Shown: positions 41,361 to 55,375 of the stretch, in pieces
How the letters are laid out: each line of letters starts with the position of its first letter
Numbering within the stretch: the stretch's first letter is position 1
Program-made: the position numbers and the translations under genes
DNA from: the human T2T-CHM13v2.0 reference genome, Homo sapiens
NCBI RefSeq assembly: GCF_009914755.1
Contig: NC_060942.1
DNA length: 64,000 nucleotides
Reading direction: 5' to 3' (one strand)
Notes under the pieces: model-generated
What the model was told of the DNA's origin: nothing
Database searches by the model: none
The model's input: the letters and a program-made list of their open reading frames with translations, nothing else

Positions 41361-44051
41361 GGGAAGTTCATGTATTGTTTTCTTCCCATGTGTTTTTACC
41401 TTCTTAAGCGGGTGTGCTGAGGGGCTTCGAATGGGAAATTCTAATGGGAGATTCTAGGGCCCAGACAAGGACTGCAGCATTATTCCAACAGGGAGGGGAA
41501 GCAGAAATCCCGACTTAATCCAGACACCTGCAGAGAGGTTGGCAGTGGGAAGGTGGGAACTAAAACTACCTGAAGGACAGAGGTGGGGAGCGGTGCACCC
41601 TCTCCTCCAAGGCTCGAAGAGTATCTCTGTCGTCACTCACCAGAGAGTGTGCAGCATTCCTGGCAAGCTCCCATTATCCCATCACTCTCTCAGATGGTGG
41701 GCAGTGGAATCGATATTCCCAAGGCTTTAAAAAGCTCCCAAATGTTGTGCTGCCATTCATTCAACAACAGGGGGAGAAATAAGGGAAGAAAAAAACTGAT
41801 GTTGGCTTCTTATTTTGCTTATGTTGTTAAAAGCCGCTCTGATGCTGTGGTTCTGGAGTAGGTCCCCTCTTTCTTTGAAAGCATGCTGCGTGATAGACTG
41901 TCATTTGTCCCCTGCCTCCAGAAGAGCCAGCTGGCAGCGAAGTGCTAAAGCCAGTGACTTGCATGTGTTTTTCTGACATTTAACAAATGGGAACAGCTTG
42001 CAAATCTGCATTAACTCACTCTGTCTCGCAAATAATCAGGGCCTACGCAGTGTAGACGCTGGGAACATTAGCTCCGACACAAAAGAGTGAGAGGCTGGGG
42101 GCTGGGGGGGCGACAGAAAACAAGTCAGCAAATAACGGATGTTTTAACGAAGGGATGAATGTAACATTCTGGTTCAGAGGAAAGAGTTTTGAAGTCATTT
42201 TTGTTTTTCAACAAGCCACTGCTAATGGTGCTAAATCCGTCTGTCAAGGCCCAGCTTTGCAGCTTGAAGTCATCTTGCCTGCACCTCACAAATGCTGATC
42301 TGTTGGTTGCTTTCATCCTGCGAATACCATTTCAAATTTCTTATGTTTCAGAGCCAATGTTCTCTCAAAAGGGCAATGTTTGACCACAAGTGGACTTTTG
42401 CAAAGCCACACCACACAATTAGATTACTGTCCCTACACTGATGTTGAAAAGACAAGATATCATACACACACAGCTGTACCTTTACAGGAAAGTTGTCATA
42501 TGTATGTGTGTGTCTGTTGTGAGACTTCCTCACGCTAACATCCTCCCATAAATTAGGGTATCGATCCAGTTCATGTTAGCACTGTGGATTTAAGATAAAT
42601 TTAGAAGCCTATCTCATTCAGGGTGATTTGGCATTTGGGGATAAGCACTATCAATCTCTAATTGTTTCGTTCAATTTATCCAGAAGATAGTTGTGCTTGT
42701 GATGTTCCAACTTCTAGCCTCAAATCTCCAAAGAAAATAAGTCCCTAAGCATGAATAAACAGAGAAATAGGTACACTGGGGAGTGTATTTGGCACAAGGC
42801 TTGGAAAATCTGTATTCTAGAAGAGGCAAAATGAACTTGTACTTTTCCTTAAACTTTCAGGACGGAACAGCATAATCACCATTGACCCATTGGGACTCAT
42901 GAGACACTGCAACAGGCCCTAAGAGGCATGAGGGGAATTTGGGGCTCATAATTAGGTCATTGGACCTCAGGACTATGGCATTTTCACAAAAGAGAAGAGA
43001 ATGTTCCTAACCACAGGCATGAATGCCCAGGAAAGCTGCCACCTGGCCCTAGCCCTCACAGAGCATGGCCCTGCCTGGGGCCTGGGTCAGTCAGAATTAT
43101 TGAAAGGACACCTCTGCATTACCCAAGGACACAAAAAGAGATTCCCTTCCTTCTGAGGAGACTTGATAGAAGGCGCAGTTACCCTGAAGAGCAAAGTCAA
43201 CTTTTAAGCATCAAAAGGGCTGGAATTAGAGTACAAATTGAGCACTGCTGGCTGAAAAACTGCCACACTCAAAGACAAAGTGGCAACTGTCAGTGGACCA
43301 GATAGCCATCTGTGGCCCCTGTGAACTGAGGCTGAGATATTTTGGCAACAACTCAGCCAGGGAGCAGAAAGGCAGTACCAACTCAGATTTGAGGTTCAAC
43401 AACATGGGGCCAGTCAAGAGTAGAGGCTCTGCCACCTTCAGACTCTCTGGCCTTGTCTACAGCCTTAACTGAGTTGCTTGTGAGTCTGGAGACAAAAAAA
43501 AAAAAAGAAAGAAAGACAAGAAGAAAATGTGTCTCATTCCTCTAGTACAGAGCATCACACATGCAGCCACCATGGGATTGGACAGGACCCAGAGTCCTCT
43601 CTACATATCACATGAGTCCTGATTTACCCCATAGCAGGGGTCTGGGGAAACCAAGAATTACAGACAATTTTAAACACAAAGGATTAGCAAATTATTTGTG
43701 TGAAATGTCAGAGTGCTAAGGAATGAATACCTGCACCTGAACCAAGAAGAGATCATTACCAACATAATACTATACTTCAAAAGTAGTATATCCTAAATAA
43801 ATAATTTTGGGCCCCTATTTTTTATTTTCCCTGTCCTTACTCTGGCTCCCAACCTTGTGTTTTGATGGCTTTTCTCTTACATAATATTACTCAATTTCAC
43901 CCATACGTTTTCATCTCTAGTCACTATAAGCCACAATTATTTTGCCTTCTCTAATGCAGCAGCTTCTGAATTTGTCTCCCCCAATTCCATTTTTGCTTCT
44001 GTCCAATCCATAGGCCAGTATAGCCTCTGGAAAACAGTACAGCCAGTGTCT

Positions 44052-44390
<339 letters not shown>

Positions 44391-44423
44391 CGCCGTGTTC
44401 ATATGAATCTCCTACTTCAATAA

Positions 44424-44933
44424 CAGTTCTCAAAATGTACACTAAGGTGCCCTGAGACTCCATTTAGACTCATAGGAGTTCTCTGGAATATTTTTAATTT
44501 TTGAGGAAAACAATAATACTCCACATCAGTCAGACACTGCACAGTTTCAACATTAGATTGCACTACATTTCTTTCAATATTTTTTTTTTTGTGTGAAGCT
44601 TGGGCTTTCAGTGACTGCTGTGATAAGAAAGGCAATTCCACAAAATAATCACTGTGGAACAAAACATAAAGGTGGAGGTATCCAATCTGATTCCAAGGTT
44701 TGAGAAACTGCGCAGTGCCTAACACTCAAACATGTATAATTAGTAAGAAATTGTAGTTATTTAAGAATGAAATAAAAAATACTGGTTTCTGTCCATTTAC
44801 GTATAATATTTTTTCAAAGAACATTTAAATTGTTAGATCATAAATATTTAGCTAACTTTTTAATTAATGGAAATTTTAGCTATTTCTGTTGGCCTAGGGG
44901 TGCTATGAACCAAGAAAGCTTAGGAATGTTTGC
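44424..44933 (-). mobile_element. MER119-like hAT-Charlie element
   Basis: tccaatctgattccaaggtttgagaa, gttatttaagaatgaaataaaaa and ttggcctaggggtgc; hAT-like termini. Confidence 0.75.
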
Positions 44934-45317
44934 CTTGGATAGTTTCTAATTGTTCACAGGATAAAATAAAAAAATCTTGATCATGACTTGAAAATCCCTG
45001 TATGGTAGCCATCTCCAGCTTCGTCTTATTCTCCTCATAATGTGATCTCCAGCACTCCTAGGACCTCTTTTATTTACCCAAACTTACCTTGTTTATTCTT
45101 TACTCAAGGCCTTTACACACATTGTTATCTTTGTTCACAAAAATCTTCTCTTCCTGTCCTGTTCCCCCATGCCCCACCCACAAACCCCCACTTCCCTACT
45201 AAACACCTTCTCAGCCCTAAGATCATTCGGTCTGCAACCTATTTTCCCATGGAAAGCAAGTTTATTGTATGTTCTTCTTTCATGCTGTACCCTTTCCTTC
45301 AAGTCAAATTTGCACAA

Positions 45318-45530
45318 GAGGCAGTGTGGTAAAATGGTTAATAGCACAAAGCCTGGAGCCAAACTGCCAAGTTCAAATCCCAGTTCTGCTACTGGCCAAG
45401 TTACTTAACCACTCTGTATCTCTTTCATAAAATGGGGTTACTACCTCACAGGGTTGTTAAATGAGTTAACATATATATATGAGATTAAATGAGTGAACAT
45501 ATATATACTGTATTTAGAATAGTACATATT
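45318..45530 (+). mobile_element. MIR SINE with an internal ~28-bp tandem duplication
   Basis: gaggcagtgtggtaaaatggttaa...ttcaaatcccagttctgctact...caagttacttaacc; ttaaatgagtKaacatatatata twice. Confidence 0.85.
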
Positions 45531-45941
45531 GTAAAGGCTTTTTCCCACATCTTTTCTAGTGGATGATAAACTCCATGAAGACAGAAACCACTTCTCTTTT
45601 TACTAACCATTGTATCACTAACATCCCACAGTATCCGGCACAGGAGACATGCGATAAATATTCATAAAAACAGAAAAGAAACATAATCTTAACTCTTGGT
45701 CTTGGCTTCTGACTCGACCTCACAATACCTACCCATGATGCACCTGATGCAAAATAATAGCATTCTAGGAGATGGGAAGAAAGAGTACCCAACCTATTTT
45801 TCAGCTTACTTTTCCTGATGTTACCCACTCCAGTCCATTTCCACAGTGGATAAAATGGTACAAGAGTAACTACTAAGACTCACTTTTTATCCTCAGTTAT
45901 TATTTTCTTCTATATGTAATATTTTATCTAAATTGAGTAAG

Positions 45942-46326
<385 letters not shown>

Positions 46327-46544
46327 TCACAGTCTATATTACAATGTCTGGTCTCTGCTCTGGCACATGTAACCACAGCTGATGTGGAGGAACACAAAAG
46401 AACACAACACTGGAAGAGGACCTAGAGGCAGGGAAGAAACTAGGGAACTATCTTCAGTCCTGGACAGAAAGTATTGAAAGACTTGAAAACCCAGCCACCC
46501 TGGGGGAAGCCTAATATAAAAACAATAGGCATTAAAAGCTAATA

Positions 46545-46695
46545 GGATGTTAACTTTGTAGTTTTGCTAATTGTACTATGTTTATGCAAGATTTAACATT
46601 TGGGAAAGCTGTATGAATGTTATATGAGAATAATTTGTACTATATTTTCAATTCTCTGTAAATCTGAAATTTTTTATTTAAATATCAACAAGAAA
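46545..46695 (+). mobile_element. Old L1M 3' end
   Basis: aattgtactatgtttatgcaagat...tgtactatattttcaattctctgtaaatctgaaatt. Confidence 0.7.
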
Positions 46696-46959
46696 ATATC
46701 AAAATATATTTTAATAAAATGTAAGTGCTATTTAAATACTGTAAGAGAGTTAACTATTGTGTTGTGGAAGTTCAAGGAATAGAAAGAAATTTCTGCCTAC
46801 GGAGAAATCATGATAATAAATAACAATGGGGCTGCGTTTTAGGACAAAGATTATTTGTGTATGTGGAGGTAAGTGATAAGGAGAGGAATACAATGTGAAC
46901 AAAGACATGAAGATGGGGCATGACTGCTGGAAAAGTCCCTCAAATGGAGCTCTGTCCTC

Positions 46960-47356
46960 TGAGGTAGTTTGAATACTTGTCCCTGCCCAAACCTCATGTT
47001 GAATTATAGTCCCCATATTGGAGGTGGGGACTGGCGGGAGGTGTTTGCATCGCGGGGGCAGATCCCTCATGGCTTGGTGCTGTCCTTGCAATAGTGAGTG
47101 TTTTCTTGCAAAATCTGGTTGTTTAAGTGTGTAGCACCCCCCAACACTCTCTTGCTTTTGCCATGTGAGACGTCTGCTCCCCTTTTGCCATCTGCCATTA
47201 TTGGAAGCTTCCTGAGACCTCCCCAGAAGCTGAGCAGATGCTGGTGCCATGGTTCCTGTACAGCCTACAGAACCATGAGCCAATCAAACCACTTTTCTCT
47301 GTAAATTACCCAGTCTTGGGTATTTTTTTATAGCAATGCAAGAATGGCCTAATACA
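46960..47356 (+). mobile_element. MSTB MaLR solo LTR
   Basis: tgaggtagtttgaat...ccagaagctgagcagatgctggtgccatg...gaatggcctaataca; TSD tcctc/tcttc. Confidence 0.93.
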
Positions 47357-48662
47357 TCTTCTATTTGCATGCTTGTCCTAGCAATCTGGAAAACTCCCAT
47401 TGATAACTAGAAGAATATCACCTCTGCGTGATCCCTATTTCTAGTCCTATTACATTCTAATTCCAAGACAAGTAATTCTACCAAATCTTTCCTAGTAATC
47501 TATGGGCAAATTCAAATCTCAATTTGGGAAACCCTTTACAGGGCATTTCAGTAATCACCATTTCTATGCTCACTCTGAACTAAATTCACAAAGAGGCCTC
47601 TAGTGTGTAATTGAGCCAGCTTCTGAGTCTTGTGTGCACTGGGTTTATTTAATAGTCTCTCTGTTACTGTGAGGAGTCAGGACCTGCCACGTGACAGACC
47701 TCAATGCTTATATGAACATTCCTTACCACCTCACAGGCCTGTCCAATATAGCAATCTCGTTCAGCCAACATTAAGTTTGTACCAGGCCAGGTATGTATGT
47801 ATGTATATACGGCTTTTTCCAGATTTCCAAACCACCATTCCTAATACTGGCATGATCATTTATTCCCTCTGTGATTTTTTTTCTTGTGCTTATTTCACTT
47901 TTAATCAGTTATCAAGCTAGAGGAATGAGCTTTTGACTTTCTCTTGTCACTTGTCTAAGAGTTTGGTTTTTTGTTTCCCTGCCCCTCCAATGTATATGAA
48001 ATGAGTCATCACTCTTTTCCAGAATATTCATGCATACTCTCAGCTTATATATTTATTGAGCTTCTACTATGTTCCAGCCACTGTGCTGGATTCCAATAAG
48101 ATTGCCAGCATCCCATGTAAACAGTCAACATAAAGGCCAGAAAATCCTGAGTTGAGAAACTTACAAACTTCAGCTGGAGGAGCAGCCTGGTATTCTCACG
48201 TGGGGGACTGCGGTTCTAAATTTGGATGTACCTTTAAAGGCCTGTCTATATTTTTATTTTTTCATGTAAAAATTAGAGAACAGGGTTGAATGAGTAATGT
48301 TCTTTCCAGCCCTTAAATTATAAATTTAGAAATCTATTGAAGATTATTTGAAACTGGCATGTTCCATCAACATTATATTAAGAAAAACCCTTTACTTATA
48401 ATTTCTCTCATCTCATATTTCTTCAATAGGCTTCTCATTTTGGCTGTCAATGTCCTCTCCAATATAATTCTATTCTGTCTTTCTAATGAAATCTCCTATG
48501 ACTTACTTCTTATAATATACAACCTAATTCCTAGGCAAATTTGATTCCTAACTATGTCCTAAAATCACCCACACCCTTCCACCCAAATGCCTTTGTATCA
48601 TTGTTCTCTTGCCCTGAAGAGTCTGTGCCTACCATCTCTACTTATCAAAAGGCTACCTTTTC

Positions 48663-49061
48663 CTCAGCCATAAAAAGGAACAAAATAATGGCAATCACAG
48701 CAACCCGGATAGAGCTGAAAACCATTATTCCAAGTGAAGTAACTCAGGAATGGAAAACTAAACACCATGTGTTCTCGCTTATAAGTGGGAGCTAAGCTAT
48801 GAGGATGCAACAGCATAAGAATGATATAATGGACTCTGGGGACTTACGGGGGAAGGATGGAAAGAGGGTAAAGGATAAAAGACTACACATTGAGTACAGT
48901 GTACACTACTCAGGTAATGGGTGCACCAAAACCTCGGAAATGCACCACTAAAAATTTTCTATGCAACCAAACACCACCTGTTTCCCCAAAAGTAATGAAA
49001 TAAAAATAAATAAAAAGTAAAAAGACTGAAAAACACACACAAAAAAGATAAAAGAAAAAGA
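48663..49061 (+). mobile_element. 5'-truncated L1PB (L1PB1-like) with A-rich tail
   Basis: End of ORF2 (aagtgaagtaactcaggaatggaaaac...gggagctaa) plus 3' UTR; TSD aaaa(ga/g)gctacctttt. Confidence 0.92.
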
Positions 49062-49334
49062 AAAAGAGCTACCTTTTTCTGTATAGCTCAAGGAAAATAT
49101 TCCCTAATCCATCAACTTTGCCCCAATTATGTCAGTTAACTATGACTGTCTTATACACTGAACTTCCTAGCCCTTTCTACCTTCTGTATTAAACTTTTTC
49201 TCACATCTTTTCAAGAGTCACATTTGTTACTGCCTACTGACATATGTACATAACCAACTAATCAACATTCCCCACCCTGTCCCCAGTCTTTGTGTTCTCT
49301 ATAGTGTCTTTCTTGGTGAATGATAGTCTTAGAG

Positions 49335-49730
49335 CAGTGATGTGCTGGTAAATGTTTAACAACTGGTTCTCTAGGGGAAATAATTCACTAAATATTAATG
49401 AGTAAGGTGAAAGTAAAACAATGGAAATGCTGGCCTTTGCTCATTGGTCAATAACATGAGGGACTTCTTTGCTCAATCAGATAATAGTTTTTAATATTTA
49501 AGGATTATTTCCTCAAATATTGTTATTTTCGTAATGTAATGACTACAGAGAAAATACACTTTTTGGGTTATTCTGCATTATTAGCATTTTTCTACCAATT
49601 CTGGAGTCTCAGCAATCAACAAAATAATAAATCAAGGCCTGGTTTGTAGTGTTCGTTTATTTCCATGGTGTAAATACACCCATGATAGCTCATTTTAAGC
49701 CACCAATGTGATATCAGTACACATGGAGCT
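49335..49730. mobile_element. MER63-family hAT-Blackjack relic
   Basis: Terminus cagtgatgtgctggtaaatgtttaacaactgg; atttccatggtgtaaatac. Confidence 0.7.
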
Positions 49731-49826
49731 CATCCTTCTGGACTCTACACTAGTATCATCTACTCTAAAAAGGCTTTTCTGATCCCTTATCCCCATCTCA
49801 ACTTTCCAAGCTACCTCTCTGTTTCC

Positions 49827-50070
49827 TTTTTTTTTTTTTTCTGCAACCTCTGCCTCCTGGGTTCAAGTGATTCTCATGCCTCATGCCTCACCCTCACGAG
49901 CAGCTGGGATTATAGGTGCCCGCCATGACACCTGGCTGATTTTTGTATTTTTAGTAGAGACATATTTCACCATGTTGGTCAGGCTGATCTCCAACTCCTG
50001 ACCTCAATTGATCACCCACCTCAGCCTCCCAAAATGCTGGAATTACAGGCATGAGCCACCGTGCCCAGCC
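49827..50070 (-). mobile_element. AluS lacking about 55 nt next to its poly-A tail
   Basis: Poly-T joined directly to ctgcaacctctgcc; TSD tacctctctgtttc / tacctctgtgtttc. Confidence 0.93.
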
Positions 50071-50863
50071 TACCTCTGTGTTTCTATAGCACAGGACTTA
50101 GAGTGTGCCCCTTAACTTAGATTTGAATTTCAAAGCTCAAAATAAGGTTTTGCTTTATAAATATAATTAAGGTTTGTTCTCCATCCCACCCTCCAAAAGA
50201 AGTTAAACGTTAAAAAGAAAAGAAAAATAGAGTAAGATTTCAAGGAGAAGGGTAGTATAGTTGTGTAAAGCCCTTTCACCAGCTCTTGTCTCCTTTCTGT
50301 TTATGAAGAAGCATTCTCTTCTTGCTCTGGGTAACAGGAAAGGTCACTGGGCTCTTGGGCATTTAATCAAGCAGTAGAAGTGCTCCCCTCAAAATTTGAA
50401 GTGGAAGCTGCTCCATCTTCAATAGGTTTCTTCTAAATGCCCCTCCTTTCAATTGGGTATATTATAAGAAGTAATTAGAAGAAAAACGGAATATTGGGTC
50501 AAGTTGTATCACCTATCTGAATATGACAGAGAGTGGGGGCTTTTTCTCCCTATCAGTCTGTGGGAGACTTCCCTATTCATATTAATAAGGTGACCCTCTG
50601 CCTTGATTGATAGTTCTTAAGTAGTAATATGGTTGAGTTATCTCTGGGCACTACTTTAGCCCTTAATTTACTCAACATTTTTGCTGATGTCCTCCTCTGT
50701 CATCATATTCAGCAGTTTACAGGGAAATTTATACTTTATGATACATTGATATTATAGTCTGAGTAATCTAAATAACTTTCCACTTCATAATTTTCACTTA
50801 CAGTGATTCATTCTCATAAGCAATGTTTCTAATACTTTCCCAAGACTATTCTATAGGTAGTAA

Positions 50864-51621
50864 TGAAACCATCATTGCAAAATTATGACAGTAAGAGAAA
50901 TCTGTCATAGCTATCTCCATCTTGCTTCTAATCTCTAAACTGTCCTTGTTAATTCCAGGGCATAGACCAACCTTACTTTGGGAGGAATTTAGTTTGTAGT
51001 TTAAACCTTAAAGCAAGGTTGATAGCCCTTCACAAATGCACCTCCTCCTTGTTTGGAGACTGAAACCACATTTGTAAACTAATGAGAGGCCACAAGATTA
51101 GGAGTATGAAAGGGGCCAGAATTCTGCTAAGATGTCGGTGTAATTAAACAATAACCAGGCATTGCTCCAGAGGTCACAAAATTTGTAACTTCCTCAATTA
51201 TTCCTTAAGTTCTACAATAACATCAATATTGCAGAACCTAAGATTGGTCTTTTGAAATATTTTTCGGACTTTTGCATTTCTGGTGACCAACTGATTCCGC
51301 CTGTACCCAGGATCCATGACTCAACCATTCCTGTGGCCCCTACCCAGAGGCTGACTCAGTGAATAAGGACTGCTTTCCATACTCCTATGATTTCATCCTC
51401 ATCCAATCAGCAGCACTCATTCCCTAGCCCCTTGTCCACAAAATTATCCTTAGAAATCCCAGCCTTCAAATTTTCAGGAAGGCCAATTTGAGTAATAAAC
51501 TCCTTTTCTTCCACATGGCTAGCTTCTCGTTAGTTAAACTCTTTCTTCACAACAATATTGCAGTCTCAGTGAATTGGCTGTCTCTGTGCAGGGGGCAAGA
51601 AGAACCCATTGGGAGATTACA
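50864..51621 (+). mobile_element. LTR8A-like ERV1 solo LTR
   Basis: tgaaaccatcattgcaaaattatgacagtaagagaaatctg ... aataaac ... gaagaacccattgggagattaca; perfect TSD gtaa. Confidence 0.88.
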
Positions 51622-51689
51622 GTAAAAATATATATGCATGATGGTGAGGTGTATCAAGTAAGGATTGTAAAAACACTGTTATATGCATA

Positions 51690-51835
51690 GTTGACCTAAA
51701 GAGGAGAAGCTGAGGCCACATTAATGTAAGTAGAGAATTTATCTGGGCCAAGCTTAAGAATTGACTGAGGGAGCATGGATTCAAATTGCCGTGAGTATAC
51801 TAATTTTGCCTCAGCTTCTCCCTTTTAGGTTGACA
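51690..51835. mobile_element. MER31-like ERV1 LTR 3'-end fragments in inverted arrangement
   Basis: gacctaaagaggagaagctgagg...aagtagagaatttatctgggccaagctt, then the opposite-strand copy tttgcctcagcttctcccttttaggttgaca. Confidence 0.6.
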
Positions 51836-52485
51836 CTATCATATGATCTAGGTCTGCCTTTCCTGTAAAACAGAGAAGTCAAGTATGTTAAGCCCAAGTT
51901 TTCTAGACCTCATTAATCTGAAGAAAATGTATCCATAAAATGTCTAATTCAGAACCCCTGTCAAGTAAAAGATTGAAAAACCATACCTACCTCTCTCATT
52001 TTCATATCCTTCCGTCTCTCTTCACTGATTATCTCACAGGTCCCACGCACAGCGAGTAGAGCATGCTGCAGGACCAAGAGTCTTGAAGAGAGCAAGATAT
52101 GCAAGTGTCAAATCGTGCAATGTTAAAAATCATCCTTGGGGACCAAATTGAATCATCATTCTGGCCCAGACAAAGTCAGCACAGCACACCTCATCATTTC
52201 CCCTCAGGTGAACCCCCAACTCCCCATTATAGGAATGTCCATTTTACCCATTGATTGCTTGAGAATTTCAGCCCTAGAGCTAAGCTGTGAGTTCTACCTT
52301 TTCTGGTAGATCCAGTTATTCCCCACACAAAAGTACTCCTGAAGGTCTGGATGGTGACAGGAGTCTACATTGTTCAAGCAGAACACTTTTTGGAACTCTC
52401 CCTAGATTTGTTCTCTCGTTGCTGCTTAGCACCATAACATACATACATTTAGAAAGGAGAAATGGTTTTGTTGGATGATAACTGA

Positions 52486-52680
<195 letters not shown>

Positions 52681-53344
52681 TAAGGCAACCCAAATGACCT
52701 CATCTTTCCTTGCTATACAAATATGACTGTGCAGTATCTAGGAACTTATTCCCCCTTCTCCGAATCTTCTGGAGGAGTGAAAAAGAAGAGCATTTCTAAG
52801 ATAGAAAATGAAAAACTAAGTAGAGCATACCAGTCTCTTAGAATGTCTACTTCCAAAATTCATGTTGTTTAGAAAGATCCAGAAAACATTATCTAAGATT
52901 TTTAAGAAAAAGGTAGTTCCTCTCTATCTACAAAGATCCAAAGAAAGTGCAAAGACTAACAAGATATGATTGAAATCAATAATATTTTCATTATATCTAA
53001 TATGAGTTTTGCTCATTACAGTTTACCATATAGTTTCATGTATGTCATTACTTTCTCAACCCACACAGAAGACATAATTTATCACTATTTTTCAGAGGTG
53101 AAAACAGAATCAGAGAAGTGAGATTCCCATGTTTATCCAGACATGTTGGTGGAGCCAAAATTAGAGGGCCTTCTCATTCTTAAACCAATGTGTTTCCATC
53201 GCACCTCAAACCTTTTTTCACAAAAGGTTTGCAGTGGTGTGAGGGGAAGTATGTATGACATTGCAGTATGTCAGAATTGGGAGAGGGAGTGGAAAGACAT
53301 TTAAAAATTGAAAGAAGCAATTTTAAAATGAATGAAGTTGTTAT

Positions 53345-53590
53345 TAAGGCAGTTTAGCATTGTTGTCATGCAGACTAATTCTGCAATCAGAATACCTGAA
53401 TTAAAATCTCAGCTCTTTCACTTACTCTAAGTGTGCCCTAAGGCAATAAACCTTTCAAAAAGCCTCAATGTGATCATCTGTAAAATGGAGGTTATCAGAG
53501 TATCATTCCTTTCAAGGTTGTTACAGCGATAAAAATGAATTAACACATGTGAAGCATGTAGTATAGTAAAATACAATAAATACTTGAATT
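53345..53590 (+). mobile_element. MIR SINE
   Basis: aggcagtttagcattg...aatctcagctct...gcctcaatgtgatcatctgtaaaatggag. Confidence 0.8.
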
Positions 53591-55356
53591 TCAAGTTGGA
53601 ATACCAGCTAGAAATTTTAAAGTAGCTCAAAAGTGATTGATATGAATGCATAGATAGCAAATCTAAAGCCGTTCTTGAGAAGAGTCAAGGTATTTAGGGA
53701 ATCCTCTTAACTCCTTGACTCCAAGAAGAGCCAGGGGCTCCCACAACCTCTCCTTTTGTGCCTTGCTAGAATAAGTTCTAAGTGGATGGAACATATATGT
53801 ATTTATGGAAAATTTGTGTCTTGGTTAATACATCCTTAAGACTGTTGACTTTTAGAAGGCAAGAACTGAGTCTTCTTTAGATCATCTAAAACCTTCCTAA
53901 AGACCAATAGACTGCTCTGCACTAAATAAAATAATTTTAATCCCTTATTTATTGATGGAAAAAACATGAGGTATTTGGAGAGATTTGCCAACGGCAATTG
54001 ATCTTGGAAAACAGCAATTAAACTTCATCAAGCAAAGTCAATGGCAGGCAGGGACCAAGGAAATAAGCACGGAGAATATGGGAAACTGAGGCAGCATATG
54101 CCTGGCATAGAAAATATCCATACAGGCACTTATTCTGTAATTTTACATTAAGCATTAATTTTATATTAAGTGTTATAGATGATCTTGTTGACACCTCTGA
54201 AATTTAGGGAGGTATTTTAATATATGATAACTCTGAGACTCAGATAAAATGGCTGACTTGGAAGCACATAGTTAATGAGTTAACACACAAAGGTAAAGCC
54301 AACACCCTGAATTTAAAAAAGAAAGAAAGAAAAAGTAAACAGTGCTTGGGGAAATGATCCCGTTTTAAATTTCTGTGTTTAAAGGCAATTATATTGACAA
54401 TGATTTTCTGGCACTTTTCTCTAGCTATCAAGATAATAATACTTTTAGACTGCAGGTGAATTTTTATTTTTAATGGCGCTATTGTTGCTAAGATGTAACA
54501 CTTGATGATTTTATGACATAAACCCTAAAAAAAAGAGCCCATAACCTGAAATATTTTTTTAAATTATATACATATATATAAACATATATACATATATTCT
54601 CATCTAATACCAGTTCGGCACAGCATTAACCTGGTAGAAATTAGATCAAGTAAAAAAAGAATGCTGTGAAAAACCCAGAAGTCCCTCAGTAGAGTAACTT
54701 GAAGAGCAAGGCGTCCTGGCTTCCCTGGGAGTCTTCCTTTCTTCTTGGTTCCCACAGACTTCTCTCATCTCTAAGCTATGCACCTCTCAGTGCTGCACCA
54801 TTCAGCACTCGACAGAATCCCCCCATTCAGTGCTGTGTGAGAGGGCCTGTGCTGGTCTGAACTGATCTGCCCAGTTCTCCTAAAAATCCCTTAAGATCAG
54901 GTGCAATTACTTCTTGTGCTTACCTGAGAGCAGGTGCTTGCCAAATATTTACTGAGGAATGTATTTGGGCTAGGGAATTATAATGCAATTTAATAACTGT
55001 TTGAGGATAAATATGAAAAAAATCCATAAGAAGTACATGGAAAGAAAAGTTATTTCTGACTAGAGAAGTCAGACTAGACAACATAACATTTGTAGTGGGG
55101 CCATGATGGATGAGCCCATCAGGACAGAATTAGGATAGTTATAGCTAGATAAGCAGAGAGCTGGCTGGAAGCTCAATGGTAAAGTAGTCCAGCAATCCTT
55201 TTGGTACAGTAAAATCCTTCCGTAATTTGAAAAGTGGTTTCAAAAATTTCAATCACATAAAATGCCTAGGTGCATCATTGTAAAATTGATGAAATGACAA
55301 GTGTGGCATTTCATTTGCTGGTTCAATCTGGATCTATCCAGATCCCAGTTATGGTT

Positions 55357-55375
55357 TAGTGCCACCTGATGGTGG
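55357..55375 (-). promoter_or_regulatory. CTCF-like motif
   Basis: Minus strand reads CCATCAGGTGGCACTA; one mismatch to CCASYAGRKGGCRS. Confidence 0.45.

Noticed and set aside
42860-43760. GC-richer segment that may be an ancient LTR
   Set aside because: I could not match it to a family or find termini or a TSD; it needs a Dfam search.
46750-47304. 177-aa minus-strand ORF, the longest in the window
   Set aside because: Mostly an antisense reading of the MSTB LTR; the similar peptide at 40382-40648 comes from the other MSTB copy.
48541-48795. 84-aa ORF ending ...HVFSLISGS
   Set aside because: It is the C-terminal remnant of L1 ORF2 in a truncated L1PB.
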